Shown here piece by piece: positions 1-9,173 of a DNA stretch of 42,828 nt (positions are counted from its first letter, which is position 1; the number at the start of each line of letters is the position of its first letter). The stretch is from sequence record DRR378314_81, one strand, 5' to 3'. The notes beneath the pieces are model-generated. The model was given only the letters and a program-made list of their open reading frames with translations, searched no databases and was not told the origin of the DNA. A program made the position numbers and the translations under genes.

Positions 1-166
1 ACAAAGAGTAAATCGCCCCTAGGCAGAACCAGAAGTGCAGCGCCTGTTTGGCACTGATACTGCGTTATCGCCTATTTATGGGCAATACCACACCAGATAG
101 GCGCTGCCTTGCCTAAACACCAAACAAACAGCTGCAAATTCAAGCTTGAAAGGTAAACAGACCCTA
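1..166. mobile_element. Partial MITE-like intergenic repeat (left copy, cut by window start)
   Basis: Reverse complement of 137-166 (TAGGGTCTGTTTACCTTTCAAGCTTGAATT) matches 42799-42828 at 27/30. Internal inverted repeats: 37-51/93-107, 20-25/110-115 and alternatively 69-75/97-103. No transposase ORF in the visible part. Confidence 0.7.
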
Positions 167-228
167 ACTTAAAGCTTGCTAAACAATGAGAAAATATTTG
201 TATAAACTCCAAATGATTAAATCACCTA

Positions 229-1197
229 TTAGACTACATTGCGTTTTGCCATTTTACACACGTACATTTTGCTGTCCGCAGTCTCTAATAATTGCTCAAG
301 CTCAACAGGAGCAGCAGGATCAAACTCCGCTATACCGTATGAAAATCCGAGTGTTTCGGTGTACGATTGCAATGTTGGTTCAGTAGCAAACGCTTCTTCG
401 ATTCGAGAGATAAGTAATTGACATTGTTTATGCGTCACTTGTGTCAACATTAACACAAATTCATCCCCACCAAAGCGCCCATATAGATCCGATTTACGAC
501 ACGATCGGGCGATAATCGATGCAAAGGTACGAAGTACTTTATCGCCGCAAGGGTGTCCAAAATGGTCATTGATTGATTTTAAAGAGTCTAGATCGATGAA
601 TATTGTGATTGCATTGCTTTGTTGGCGAACACATAAATCGAGGTAACGTTCAGCGAGTAGTTTAAACCCTCTGCGATTTGGAATGTCTGTTAGCTCATCA
701 CGCGTTGCTAAGCGCATTATTGATAATTCGCGTTGTGTGATAAGCGCTAAATCTTTTAATGCTTGTATATCATTAGCGGAGAAATTACGTGGCTTAGTAT
801 CTATTATACATACTGTGCCTATATGAACACCATCCGAAAGAATAATTGGATGGCCTGCATAGAATCGTATTTTAGGATCTCCCACCACCAATGGGTTATC
901 TGCAAAACGAGGGTCTTGATGCGTGTCATTTACAATAAGTGGCGTGCTAGCTAAAATTGCATGGCCACAAAATGATATATCTCGTGATGTTTCATTGACG
1001 TTAAGCCCAATGCACGACTTGAACCACTGTCGATGCTCATCAACTAAGCTAACAAGGGCAATAGGTACTTTGAAGATATACCGTGCAAGCCGCGTTACGC
1101 GGTCAAAACTATCCTCTGGTTGCGTATCTAAAAGGTTAAGTGACCTTAGCATTGTTAATCTAGCTGTTTCATTTTCTGGGAGCTTGGGCTTTTCCAT
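229..1197 (-). CDS. GAF-GGDEF diguanylate cyclase
   Basis: N-terminal GAF (E..RL..L..L.LLDT, SFCGHAI, RFYAGHP). C-terminal GGDEF domain with DELT.IPNRR, DLD..K.IND.FGH..GD, intact GGDEF and an RxxD I-site (RKSD). ATG at 1197 follows AAGG and is preferred to the track start at 1215. Confidence 0.92.
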   Translation of the reverse strand: MEKPKLPENETARLTMLRSLNLLDTQPEDSFDRVTRLARYIFKVPIALVSLVDEHRQWFKSCIGLNVNETSRDISFCGHAILASTPLIVNDTHQDPRFADNPLVVGDPKIRFYAGHPIILSDGVHIGTVCIIDTKPRNFSANDIQALKDLALITQRELSIMRLATRDELTDIPNRRGFKLLAERYLDLCVRQQSNAITIFIDLDSLKSINDHFGHPCGDKVLRTFASIIARSCRKSDLYGRFGGDEFVLMLTQVTHKQCQLLISRIEEAFATEPTLQSYTETLGFSYGIAEFDPAAPVELEQLLETADSKMYVCKMAKRNVV

Positions 1198-1281
1198 ATA
1201 AAACCTTACTATCACATTATTTTTAACTTACTTTATAAACATAGCAGAGTCATTCTGTGAGCTACCTACTATTTTAAAAGT

Positions 1282-1515
1282 TTAAGCCCATGTATCGAGG
1301 TGCTTTTGACCATCCTCATCCGTTGTCACAGCAGCTCCCTGCTCTTTAGGCTGGTTTTTTTCTAACATTTTTTTTCGCTCGTAAGCGGCTTTTTTTCGCT
1401 TTTCGAGTTCTATTTGCGATATTTTAGAGTCCTTTAAACCAGCAATGTAGAATGCACCTTTGTGCTCGACATCTAACCGAGATATCTTCCCAAGGAAAGG
1501 GATCATCATGTCCAT
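1282..1515 (-). CDS. Small hypothetical protein (77 aa), probably in the sigma28/flagellar regulon
   Basis: Strong AGGAGG RBS, basic coiled-coil middle, C-terminal HLDTWA, and a sigma28-type promoter directly upstream. Confidence 0.75.
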   Translation of the reverse strand: MDMMIPFLGKISRLDVEHKGAFYIAGLKDSKISQIELEKRKKAAYERKKMLEKNQPKEQGAAVTTDEDGQKHLDTWA

Positions 1516-1539
1516 ACGTACCTCCTATCAATACAGTTA

Positions 1540-1566
1540 GTATCGGCTGTTATACCTTATTCTTTA
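1540..1566 (-). promoter_or_regulatory. Sigma28 (FliA)-type promoter
   Basis: Minus strand reads TAAA-gaataaggtataaca(15 nt)-GCCGATAC; the consensus is TAAA-N15-GCCGATAA. Confidence 0.8.
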
Positions 1567-1706
1567 ATTAATTCAAAAAAGACTTGCCAGTGTTTATAAA
1601 AATATGTTTTTCTATATATGAAATTTACTTAAACAGATTAACAACTTTTGTTTCTTATTTGTAAAATTTAGACTTACAAAAAACGAAAGTTTATAGGATT
1701 TATAAA

Positions 1707-1757
1707 ATGCGCTTAAACCTGACAACAGTACATCATCACCACCATTCATCGGAATAA
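1707..1757 (+). CDS. hisL: his operon leader peptide MRLNLTTVHHHHHSSE
   Basis: 16-codon ORF with 5 consecutive His codons, an AGGA RBS upstream, and attenuator hairpins between it and hisG. Confidence 0.95.
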   Translation: MRLNLTTVHHHHHSSE

Positions 1758-1862
1758 CCTGTCAGGTCTTTCGCTGAGAGGTTATTCCTAAAAGGAACCT
1801 CTGGCGAATCAACATATTAGATTCATTTTCGCCCTGAGGTTCCCTCGGGGTTTTTAGTTTTT
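1751..1862 (+). promoter_or_regulatory. His transcription attenuator (alternative hairpins and terminator)
   Basis: GGAATAACCT 1751-1760 pairs with AGGTTATTCC 1779-1788. GGAACCTC 1794-1801 pairs with GAGGTTCC 1836-1843 (antiterminator). Terminator CCCTGAGG-ttc-CCTCGGGG at 1832-1850 is followed by a T tract. Confidence 0.92.
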
Positions 1863-1882
1863 AAATTAAAGGAAAATGAATA

Positions 1883-2782
1883 ATGAGTAACAGCAACCGT
1901 CTACGTATCGCCATTCAAAAAGGTGGCCGCCTTTCTAAAGATTGCCAAGACTTACTTAAACAATTAGGTGTTAAACTTAATTTACGTGAGCAGCGCTTAA
2001 TTGCACACTCTACAAACATGCCAATTGACGTACTACGTGTGCGCGATGACGATATCCCAGGTCTTGTTATGGACGGCGTGTGTGACTTAGGTATCGTGGG
2101 CGAAAACGTTTTAGTAGAAGTACAAGCAGAACGCGAGCGCCAAGGCGTACCAAGTGACGTTAATAAACTTGCCAAGCTTGATTTTGGTTTTTGTCGTTTA
2201 GCCCTAGCATGGCCGCAAGAGTTAGGCCCACAAGATAAAAGCTGGTTTGAAGGCAAACGCATCGCCACCACTTACCCTGAAATTCTAACGCAATATTTAA
2301 AACGTGAAGGAATTAACGCCAGCACTGTAATGTTAACTGGTTCAGTTGAAGTAGCGCCACGTGCAGGACTTGCAGATGCAATTTGTGATTTAGTGTCTAC
2401 TGGTGCAACGCTTGAAGCAAACGGCTTAATGCAAGGCGACACTATTTTAGAGTCAAATGCATGTTTGATACAAAATAAAGATCTGCAAGACGCTGACAAA
2501 TTAGCTCTTATTGAAAAGCTTATGCCACGCTTGCGCGGTGTTAAGCAAGCTAAAGAAAGCAAATACATCATGCTACACGCACCAAAAGATAAGCTTGATG
2601 AGATTTGCGACCTGCTTCCTGGAACAGGCCAACCTACACTTCTTGCATTAGCAGGTTCTGATGAATATGTAGCACTTCACATGGTCAGCAGCGAAACATT
2701 ATTTTGGGAAACGATGGAGCAATTAAAAGCGTTAGGCGCAAACTCTATCCTCGTGATGCCAATTGAAAAAATGATGGAGTAA
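1883..2782 (+). CDS. hisG: ATP phosphoribosyltransferase, long form
   Basis: [48 protein letters not shown]-terminal regulatory domain ending MPIEKMME. Confidence 0.98.
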   Translation: MSNSNRLRIAIQKGGRLSKDCQDLLKQLGVKLNLREQRLIAHSTNMPIDVLRVRDDDIPGLVMDGVCDLGIVGENVLVEVQAERERQGVPSDVNKLAKLDFGFCRLALAWPQELGPQDKSWFEGKRIATTYPEILTQYLKREGINASTVMLTGSVEVAPRAGLADAICDLVSTGATLEANGLMQGDTILESNACLIQNKDLQDADKLALIEKLMPRLRGVKQAKESKYIMLHAPKDKLDEICDLLPGTGQPTLLALAGSDEYVALHMVSSETLFWETMEQLKALGANSILVMPIEKMME

Positions 2783-2786
2783 CTCA

Positions 2787-4094
2787 ATGCTGCGCTGGAA
2801 TGAGGTATCCGCAGACGCACAAGCAGCGGCGCTAATGCGCCCTGCTGTTAGTGCGAGTGCGAAAGTAGAAGAAATTTGCCTAACTATTATGGCAAATGTA
2901 AAAGCGCAAGGTGATGATGCCTTGCTCGACATGGCAAAAGAATTCGATAATCGCCAAACACCACGATTATTAGTGCCTGTTGAAGAAATAAATAATGCGG
3001 CTCAACAACTGAGTCCTGAGCTTAGGTATGCCATTGATACAGCCTATGCAAATGTTAAACGATTTCACCAAGCCCAATTACCAAAAGATATTCAGTTAAC
3101 TACACAACCTGGTGTGTTATGCGAACTTAAATATCAAGCAATTGAAGCGGTGGGTATCTATGTACCTGGTGGTAGTGCACCATTACCTTCTTCAGTGATC
3201 ATGCAAGGTGTACTAGCCCAATTAAGTGGCGCTAAAACAGTGGTTTTAGCAACACCGGTGCAAGGCGATGAGCAAATCAACCCAGCAATTTTATATGCGG
3301 CTAAATTATGCGGAATCAATACAATCGTCGAAAGTGGCGGCGCCGGTGCAATCGCCGCCATGGCTTATGGCACTGGCTCTGTACCAAAAGTGAATAAAAT
3401 TTTTGGCCCAGGTAACAGCTTTGTCACTATGGCTAAGCAATTAGTAGCTCAAACAATACCCGGTATGGCAATTGATATGCCAGCAGGGCCTTCTGAAGTG
3501 TTAGTGATTGCCGATGAACGTGCGAACCCTGAATTTATTGCCGCTGATTTATTATCACAGGCTGAGCATGGGGCTGACTCTCAAGTTATTCTACTCAGTA
3601 ATAGTGAGTTGACTATCGAGCGAACCCAACAAGCAATTGAGCGTCAACTGGCTAAACTGTCACGTCAAGATATCGCCGCAAAAGCATTGGCTAACTCGTC
3701 GCTAATTTTGGTTGAATCAATTGAACAAGCATTTGATGTTTCAGCACAATATGGCCCTGAACATTTAATTTTGCAATTAGCTGATGCTAATCCTTATTTA
3801 GCTAAAGTTAAAAATGCGGGCTCTGTGTTTGTTGGTGATTATACCCCTGAGTCAGCGGGTGATTATGCCTCTGGAACTAATCACGTATTACCCACTTACG
3901 GCTATAGTGCAACCTATTCGAGCTTAAACTTACTCGACTTTTTCCGCACATATACAGTTCAAACCATTACCCAAAGTGGCCTAAAAAACTTATCAAAAGC
4001 CATTTTACCACTGGCTGATGCTGAAGGACTCGACGCCCACGCAAATGCAGTAAAGGTGCGTTTAGAAGCTATGAATAAAGGGACTGAATTATGA
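2787..4094 (+). CDS. hisD: Histidinol dehydrogenase
   Basis: GIYVPGG, KIFGPGN, IDMPAGPSEV, DLLSQAEHG, GDYASGTNHVLPT. Confidence 0.98.
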   Translation: MLRWNEVSADAQAAALMRPAVSASAKVEEICLTIMANVKAQGDDALLDMAKEFDNRQTPRLLVPVEEINNAAQQLSPELRYAIDTAYANVKRFHQAQLPKDIQLTTQPGVLCELKYQAIEAVGIYVPGGSAPLPSSVIMQGVLAQLSGAKTVVLATPVQGDEQINPAILYAAKLCGINTIVESGGAGAIAAMAYGTGSVPKVNKIFGPGNSFVTMAKQLVAQTIPGMAIDMPAGPSEVLVIADERANPEFIAADLLSQAEHGADSQVILLSNSELTIERTQQAIERQLAKLSRQDIAAKALANSSLILVESIEQAFDVSAQYGPEHLILQLADANPYLAKVKNAGSVFVGDYTPESAGDYASGTNHVLPTYGYSATYSSLNLLDFFRTYTVQTITQSGLKNLSKAILPLADAEGLDAHANAVKVRLEAMNKGTEL

Positions 4095-5176
4095 GTAATA
4101 ATACTTTATTACCCGCTAATATTGATGCATTAGCAGCGTATAGCTCAGCTAAAAGTGAAAAACTCACAGGCACTACTTGGCTTAATGCTAACGAAAGCCC
4201 GTATGTGAAAAACATTGATATTAGTATTGATGATTTAAATCGTTATCCAGATCCACAGCCTGCTAGCGTGATCAACCGCTATGCAGAGTATGCACAGCTT
4301 AGCACCGAGCAAGTATTAATGACCCGTGGTGCAGATGAAGGCATTGAGTTACTGGTACGCACATACTGTGAACCAGCCAAAGACAGCATCGCGTTATTTT
4401 TACCCACATACGGTATGTATAAAGTCACTGCTGATACGCATAATGTCGCTATTAATGGTTTAAGCCAAGCCCTACTGCTTGAAGGCTCAGTGGATGATAT
4501 CGTCAGCGCTGTGGCTAATTCTAAGTTAGTGTTTATTTGTAACCCTAATAACCCAACGGGTAGCTTAACCTCACTTGATAAAATTAAAGCCATTGCTACA
4601 GCCCTTGAAGGTAAAGCACTGGTTATTGTTGATGAAGCCTATATTGAGTTTTGCCCAGAGCAAAGCGCCAGTAAACTAATCAACGACTACGCAAATGTTG
4701 TGGTGCTTCGTACGCTATCTAAAGCATTTGCATTGGCAGGTTTGCGAACAGGGTTTACCCTAGCACAAGAAGCGGTGTTATTACCGATTCGTAAAGTAAT
4801 AGCGCCATACCCAATATCAACCGTTGTCGCAAGCATTGCAGCAAATGCCTTAAGCCCTGATGCAATTACCTCAATGCGCCGTCAAGTGAGCATTTTAAAT
4901 GCCTTAAAAGAAAAACTAAAACAGTGGCTTAACGCTTCACCGGCGGTATTGAACGTGCTAAGTGGTGAAGGTAACTTCGTTACCTTAAAGCTTGCCAATA
5001 AGAACAGCTTTAACGTCGCACTTGATCAAGGCTTAGTGATGCGTGCATTTACCTTATACGGTGAGAACGATTGGTTACGTATTTCAATCGGTAATGAACA
5101 AGAATTAGAACAAGTCAAAATATGGTTAGATGGCCTAAGCCAAGCAACCAACTTAGTAGAGCAGGAAGTATCATGA
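4091..5176 (+). CDS. hisC: Histidinol-phosphate aminotransferase
   Basis: LNANESP, NRYPD, NPNNPTG, VDEAYIEF, RTLSKAFALAGLR (PLP lysine). Confidence 0.97.
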   Translation: MSNNTLLPANIDALAAYSSAKSEKLTGTTWLNANESPYVKNIDISIDDLNRYPDPQPASVINRYAEYAQLSTEQVLMTRGADEGIELLVRTYCEPAKDSIALFLPTYGMYKVTADTHNVAINGLSQALLLEGSVDDIVSAVANSKLVFICNPNNPTGSLTSLDKIKAIATALEGKALVIVDEAYIEFCPEQSASKLINDYANVVVLRTLSKAFALAGLRTGFTLAQEAVLLPIRKVIAPYPISTVVASIAANALSPDAITSMRRQVSILNALKEKLKQWLNASPAVLNVLSGEGNFVTLKLANKNSFNVALDQGLVMRAFTLYGENDWLRISIGNEQELEQVKIWLDGLSQATNLVEQEVS

Positions 5177-6234
5177 GTAACCCTTATTTATTTATTGACC
5201 GTGACGGCACTATCATTTCAGAGCCTGTTACTGACAAACAAGTCGATAGCCTTGAAAAGCTAGAGTTCTTACCGAATGTGATCCCTGCCCTGCTGCAATT
5301 GCAAGCTGCGGGCTACCGTTTGGTTATGGTGTCAAACCAAGATGGTCTAGGCACAGACAGCTTCCCGACGGCTGATTTTGATATCGCTCAAGATAAAATG
5401 ATGAATATTTTATCTAGCCAAGGGATTAAGTTTGACGACGTGCTAATCTGCCCGCATTTTGACGAGCAAAACTGTGATTGCCGCAAGCCTAAAACAGGCT
5501 TACTTACCGAGCTTATGCGCTCGGGTAAAGTCGATTTAGCTCGTTCATTTGTTATTGGTGACCGCCAAACGGATATTGGCCTTGCACAAAACTTATGCTG
5601 CGAAGGCATTTTATATGAAGGTGATTGGAACGCCATTGTAACTAAGCTTACCACTGCCGACCGCCAAGGCCGCGTTACGCGTAATACCAAAGAAACCCAA
5701 ATTGATGTCAAACTCAATTTAGACCAAAGTAAAAATGGCGAAATAAGCACAGGCCTTGGCTTTTTTGATCACATGCTGGATCAAATTCGCACTCACGCTA
5801 ATATCGGCCTCGATATTCAAGCTAAAGGTGACTTACACATAGATGAGCATCACTTAGTTGAAGACATTGGTATTGCGCTCGGCCTTGCTTTAAAAGAAGC
5901 GCTAGGTACTAAATCGCAAATTGCCCGTTATGGTTTTGCGCTGCCAATGGATGAATGCAAAGCAGAAGCACAGATTGACTTATCTGGGCGTGCCTCATTT
6001 GTATTAAATGCCAACTTTAGCCGTGAAAAAGCCGGTGATTTAGACGTACAAATGGTTGAGCACTTCTTTAAAAGTTTAAGTGATAATGCCGCCGTGAGTT
6101 TAATCTTATCGGTTAGCGACGGTAACTGCCATCACCAAGTTGAAGGCTTATTTAAAGCATTCTCACGTGCATTACGTATGGCAATTGCCGCTGATGCGAG
6201 CCAGCAAACAGCCAGCTCTAAGGGGTGTTTATGA
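5173..6234 (+). CDS. hisB: Bifunctional histidinol-phosphatase / imidazoleglycerol-phosphate dehydratase
   Basis: HAD motif FIDRDGT, CDCRKP, then RNTKETQI, FFDHML, HHLVED, NCHHQVE. ATG at 5173 overlaps the hisC stop (ATGA). Confidence 0.97.
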   Translation: MSNPYLFIDRDGTIISEPVTDKQVDSLEKLEFLPNVIPALLQLQAAGYRLVMVSNQDGLGTDSFPTADFDIAQDKMMNILSSQGIKFDDVLICPHFDEQNCDCRKPKTGLLTELMRSGKVDLARSFVIGDRQTDIGLAQNLCCEGILYEGDWNAIVTKLTTADRQGRVTRNTKETQIDVKLNLDQSKNGEISTGLGFFDHMLDQIRTHANIGLDIQAKGDLHIDEHHLVEDIGIALGLALKEALGTKSQIARYGFALPMDECKAEAQIDLSGRASFVLNANFSREKAGDLDVQMVEHFFKSLSDNAAVSLILSVSDGNCHHQVEGLFKAFSRALRMAIAADASQQTASSKGCL

Positions 6235-6821
6235 TTGCCATCATCAATACCGGTTGTGCCAATATAAACTCAGTACGTTTTGCCTTTGAACGCCTTGGCG
6301 AAACGCCAGAAGTTATCACCTCACCCGAGCAACTGAAAAACTTTGAGCGTGCTATTTTACCGGGTGTTGGCCATGCCTCTGTCGCAATGAGACGCTTAGT
6401 TGAAGGTGGCTGGCAACAAGCAATTAATGAATACCAGCGTCCGCTCATGGGCATTTGTTTGGGCATGCAGTTGTTATGCGACAGCACTGAAGAAGGTAAC
6501 GTGCAATGTTTAGGTAAAATCCCTGGCCAAGTTAAAGCGCTCGATGTAGGTAATTTAACATCACCACACATGGGCTGGAACAACTTAACGCTTAATCGCG
6601 AACATGCATTAACTAAAGGCCTTGATATAAACGACCAAGTGTATTTTGTGCATAGTTTTGCCCATACCGTTAACGACGCGACACTGGTTAGCGGCGAATA
6701 CGGCCAAACGTTTTCAGCAATTGTAGCTAACGACAATTACGCGGGCATGCAATTTCATCCAGAGCGTAGCGCAAAAGTCGGCACTAGGTTATTACAAAAC
6801 TTTTTAGACTGGCAGCTATAG
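6231..6821 (+). CDS. hisH: Imidazole glycerol phosphate synthase, glutaminase subunit
   Basis: LPGVG, GICLGMQ, PHMGWN, YFVHSF, QFHPERS. ATG at 6231 overlaps the hisB stop. Confidence 0.97.
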   Translation: MIAIINTGCANINSVRFAFERLGETPEVITSPEQLKNFERAILPGVGHASVAMRRLVEGGWQQAINEYQRPLMGICLGMQLLCDSTEEGNVQCLGKIPGQVKALDVGNLTSPHMGWNNLTLNREHALTKGLDINDQVYFVHSFAHTVNDATLVSGEYGQTFSAIVANDNYAGMQFHPERSAKVGTRLLQNFLDWQL

Positions 6822-6855
6822 GCTGCTGGCAAACAAAATTAAAAGAGAATTTAAC

Positions 6856-7590
6856 GTGATTATTCCAGCATTAGATGTATTACAAAATCAAATCGTGCGT
6901 TTATATCAAGGTAAATACGATACCGCTCAATTTTACCCGTTTGAGCTTGGCGCACGATTACAAGAGTATGCACAAAGCGGCGCAGGTAAATTACACCTTG
7001 TCGACTTAGAAGGCGCACGCGATCCAAGTAAAAAGCAATGGCAACATATTCAGGCTGCGACCAAAGCACTAAACGTACCGTATCAAGTTGGCGGCGGTAT
7101 TCGCACTGAGCAAGATGTCAGTGATTGGCTAAACGCTGGTGCCAACCAAGTTGTTATTGGCTCTATGGCGGTTGAAAAACGCGATGAAGTGAAAAGCTGG
7201 ATTGAAAAGTTTGGCGCTAAACACTTTGTGATTGCCCTTGATGTCAATAAAACTGACAGCGGCTGGGCACCCGCGACACACGGTTGGTTAAGTGAATCAG
7301 AGTTTGGTTTGTTTGAACTCATCGACTTTTATGTTGCCCTTGGCGTGATTGATTTTCTATGCACGGACATCAGTAAAGATGGCACCATGACGGGCCCTTC
7401 GTTTGAACTGTATAAAGATTTAGCAAATCACAACAGTGATATAAAAGTACAAGCATCAGGCGGCGTAAGCTCACTTGATGACATTAAAAAACTTAAAGAG
7501 CTGGGTGTGGGCGGCGTTATTTTAGGTAAGTCACTGCTTGATGGCGCTTTTAATGTTGAGGAGGCGCTGGCATGTTATCAAAACGCATAA
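6856..7590 (+). CDS. hisA: ProFAR isomerase
   Basis: [38 protein letters not shown] start. Confidence 0.97.
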   Translation: MIIPALDVLQNQIVRLYQGKYDTAQFYPFELGARLQEYAQSGAGKLHLVDLEGARDPSKKQWQHIQAATKALNVPYQVGGGIRTEQDVSDWLNAGANQVVIGSMAVEKRDEVKSWIEKFGAKHFVIALDVNKTDSGWAPATHGWLSESEFGLFELIDFYVALGVIDFLCTDISKDGTMTGPSFELYKDLANHNSDIKVQASGGVSSLDDIKKLKELGVGGVILGKSLLDGAFNVEEALACYQNA

Positions 7591-8351
7591 TCCCATGCTT
7601 AGACGTAAAAGATGGCCAAGTCGTCAAAGGTGTTAAATTTAAAGGCCACGAAATTGTTGGCGATATTCTCACTCTTGCACAAGCGTATAGTGAAGCAGGC
7701 GCAGACGAACTGGTTTTTTATGAAATTAGCGCAAGCGTTGAAAAAAGGCTGCTCGATGTCAATTGGGTGGAAAGTATAGCCCGTCATATTGATATTCCGT
7801 TTTGCGTTGCTGGTGGTATAAAATCTGTTGCTGATGCAGCACGTGTACTTGAACGTGGTGCAGATAAAATCAGCATTAACAGCCCTGCTATTGCACGCCC
7901 AGAGCTTATCAAAGAGTTACATGATGAATTTGGTAAACAATGCGTTGTTGTTGGTATTGATAGCTTTTATGATGAAGTCACCGGCGAATACTTAGTGTAT
8001 CAGCTTACTGGCGATCCTAATGCATCAAGCCGCACACGATACAAAACTGAGGAATGGGTTAAACGCGTGCAAGATTTAGGTGCAGGCGAAATCGTACTTA
8101 ACTGCATGAACCAAGATGGCGTTCGTAACGGCTACGATAACCAACAGTTATCCAAAATGCGCACTTTATGTGATATCCCCCTAATTGCCTCAGGTGGTGC
8201 TGGTACCATGCAAGATTTTGTTGATGTATTTCAACAAAGCCAAGTTGATGGCGCACTCGCAGCAAGTGTATTTCATAAAAACGTGATCAACATCGGCGAA
8301 TTAAAACAGTATTTAACAGATAACCAAGTGGCGGCACGACTATGCAACTAA
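7572..8351 (+). CDS. hisF: Imidazole glycerol phosphate synthase, cyclase subunit
   Basis: [43 protein letters not shown]. Confidence 0.98.
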   Translation: MLSKRIIPCLDVKDGQVVKGVKFKGHEIVGDILTLAQAYSEAGADELVFYEISASVEKRLLDVNWVESIARHIDIPFCVAGGIKSVADAARVLERGADKISINSPAIARPELIKELHDEFGKQCVVVGIDSFYDEVTGEYLVYQLTGDPNASSRTRYKTEEWVKRVQDLGAGEIVLNCMNQDGVRNGYDNQQLSKMRTLCDIPLIASGGAGTMQDFVDVFQQSQVDGALAASVFHKNVINIGELKQYLTDNQVAARLCN

Positions 8352-8956
8352 CTAAAGAAAACCTGACTCAAGTGGATTTCGCTAAAAGCGAATTAATTCC
8401 CGCCATTGTGCAAGATGCCCGTACTGGGGTTATTTTGATGCAAGGTTTTATGAACCAAGAATCACTGGAAGTAACTTTTGAAAAGCAAAAAGTGACCTTC
8501 TATTCGCGTTCAAAAAACCGTTTATGGACCAAAGGTGAAACCTCAGAGAATTACTTAGAGGTAGTCTCGGTGCATACTGATTGCGATTACGATTCAATCT
8601 TAGTGCTTGCCAACCCACTTGGCCCAACGTGTCACTTAGGCACACAAAGCTGTTTTGGCGATGCTGCAAAACCAAGTCTCAGCTTTTTAGCTCAACTTGA
8701 GCAAGTGATTGTTGAGCGTAAAAACGACGACCCAGAGAAAAGCTACACGGCGTCATTATTTGCCAAAGATTTAAGCCGCAGCTGCCAAAAAGTTGGTGAA
8801 GAAGGCGTTGAAGTCGCCCTTGCCGCGATGAAGCACGATAACGATGAGCTGACTAATGAATCTGCCGATTTGATATATCACTTAATCGTGTTACTACAAC
8901 GCCAAGGCCTTGAGCTAAAAGACGTGGTAGGCTGTTTGCAAGGTCGCCATAAGTAA
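8342..8956 (+). CDS. hisIE: Bifunctional phosphoribosyl-AMP cyclohydrolase / phosphoribosyl-ATP pyrophosphatase
   Basis: [39 protein letters not shown]. Confidence 0.97.
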   Translation: MQLTKENLTQVDFAKSELIPAIVQDARTGVILMQGFMNQESLEVTFEKQKVTFYSRSKNRLWTKGETSENYLEVVSVHTDCDYDSILVLANPLGPTCHLGTQSCFGDAAKPSLSFLAQLEQVIVERKNDDPEKSYTASLFAKDLSRSCQKVGEEGVEVALAAMKHDNDELTNESADLIYHLIVLLQRQGLELKDVVGCLQGRHK

Positions 8957-8967
8957 AATTTCAACAT

Positions 8968-9004
8968 ACCAAAACGCTGAAATTATTCGGTGTTTTGGTT
9001 TATT
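8968..9004 (+). terminator. Intrinsic terminator of the his operon
   Basis: ACCAAAACGCTGAA (8968-8981) pairs with TTCGGTGTTTTGGT (8986-8999) using G-U pairs, followed by TTATT. Confidence 0.8.
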
Positions 9005-9110
9005 AAACCTATTTACTAAGGCTTGCTGACCTTAGCTTCTTGCCCTTACACATACTTTAGCCTTCTTATAGGCCGTTGCAATGTCTTAATAAACATTATT
9101 TAAAAAAGCT

Positions 9111-9140
9111 TTAAACCTTTTAATATTTATATGCGTCTAA
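9111..9140 (+). promoter_or_regulatory. Candidate ECF-sigma promoter
   Basis: TTAAAC-N17-CGTCTAA about 35 nt upstream of the DUF4097 gene; AAC/CGT arrangement typical of ECF promoters. Confidence 0.45.
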
Positions 9141-9173
9141 TTTAAAAATCGCCCAAATAAAAAAGGAATAAAA

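Noticed and set aside
186-1201. Plus-strand ORFs 186-386, 239-421, 763-954 and 923-1201
   Set aside because: Antisense shadows of the GAF-GGDEF gene with no recognisable motifs.
5122-5172. N-terminal extension of HisB in the ORF track
   Set aside because: It overlaps hisC; ATG 5173 has an RBS and the usual ATGA coupling.
1915-8675. Minus-strand ORFs of 62-172 aa across the his operon
   Set aside because: Antisense to well-conserved his genes; expected from codon bias.
9017-9034. CTAAGGCTTGCTGACCTT as a fourth copy of the repeat terminus
   Set aside because: Only 14/18 identity and no further similarity; could be chance.
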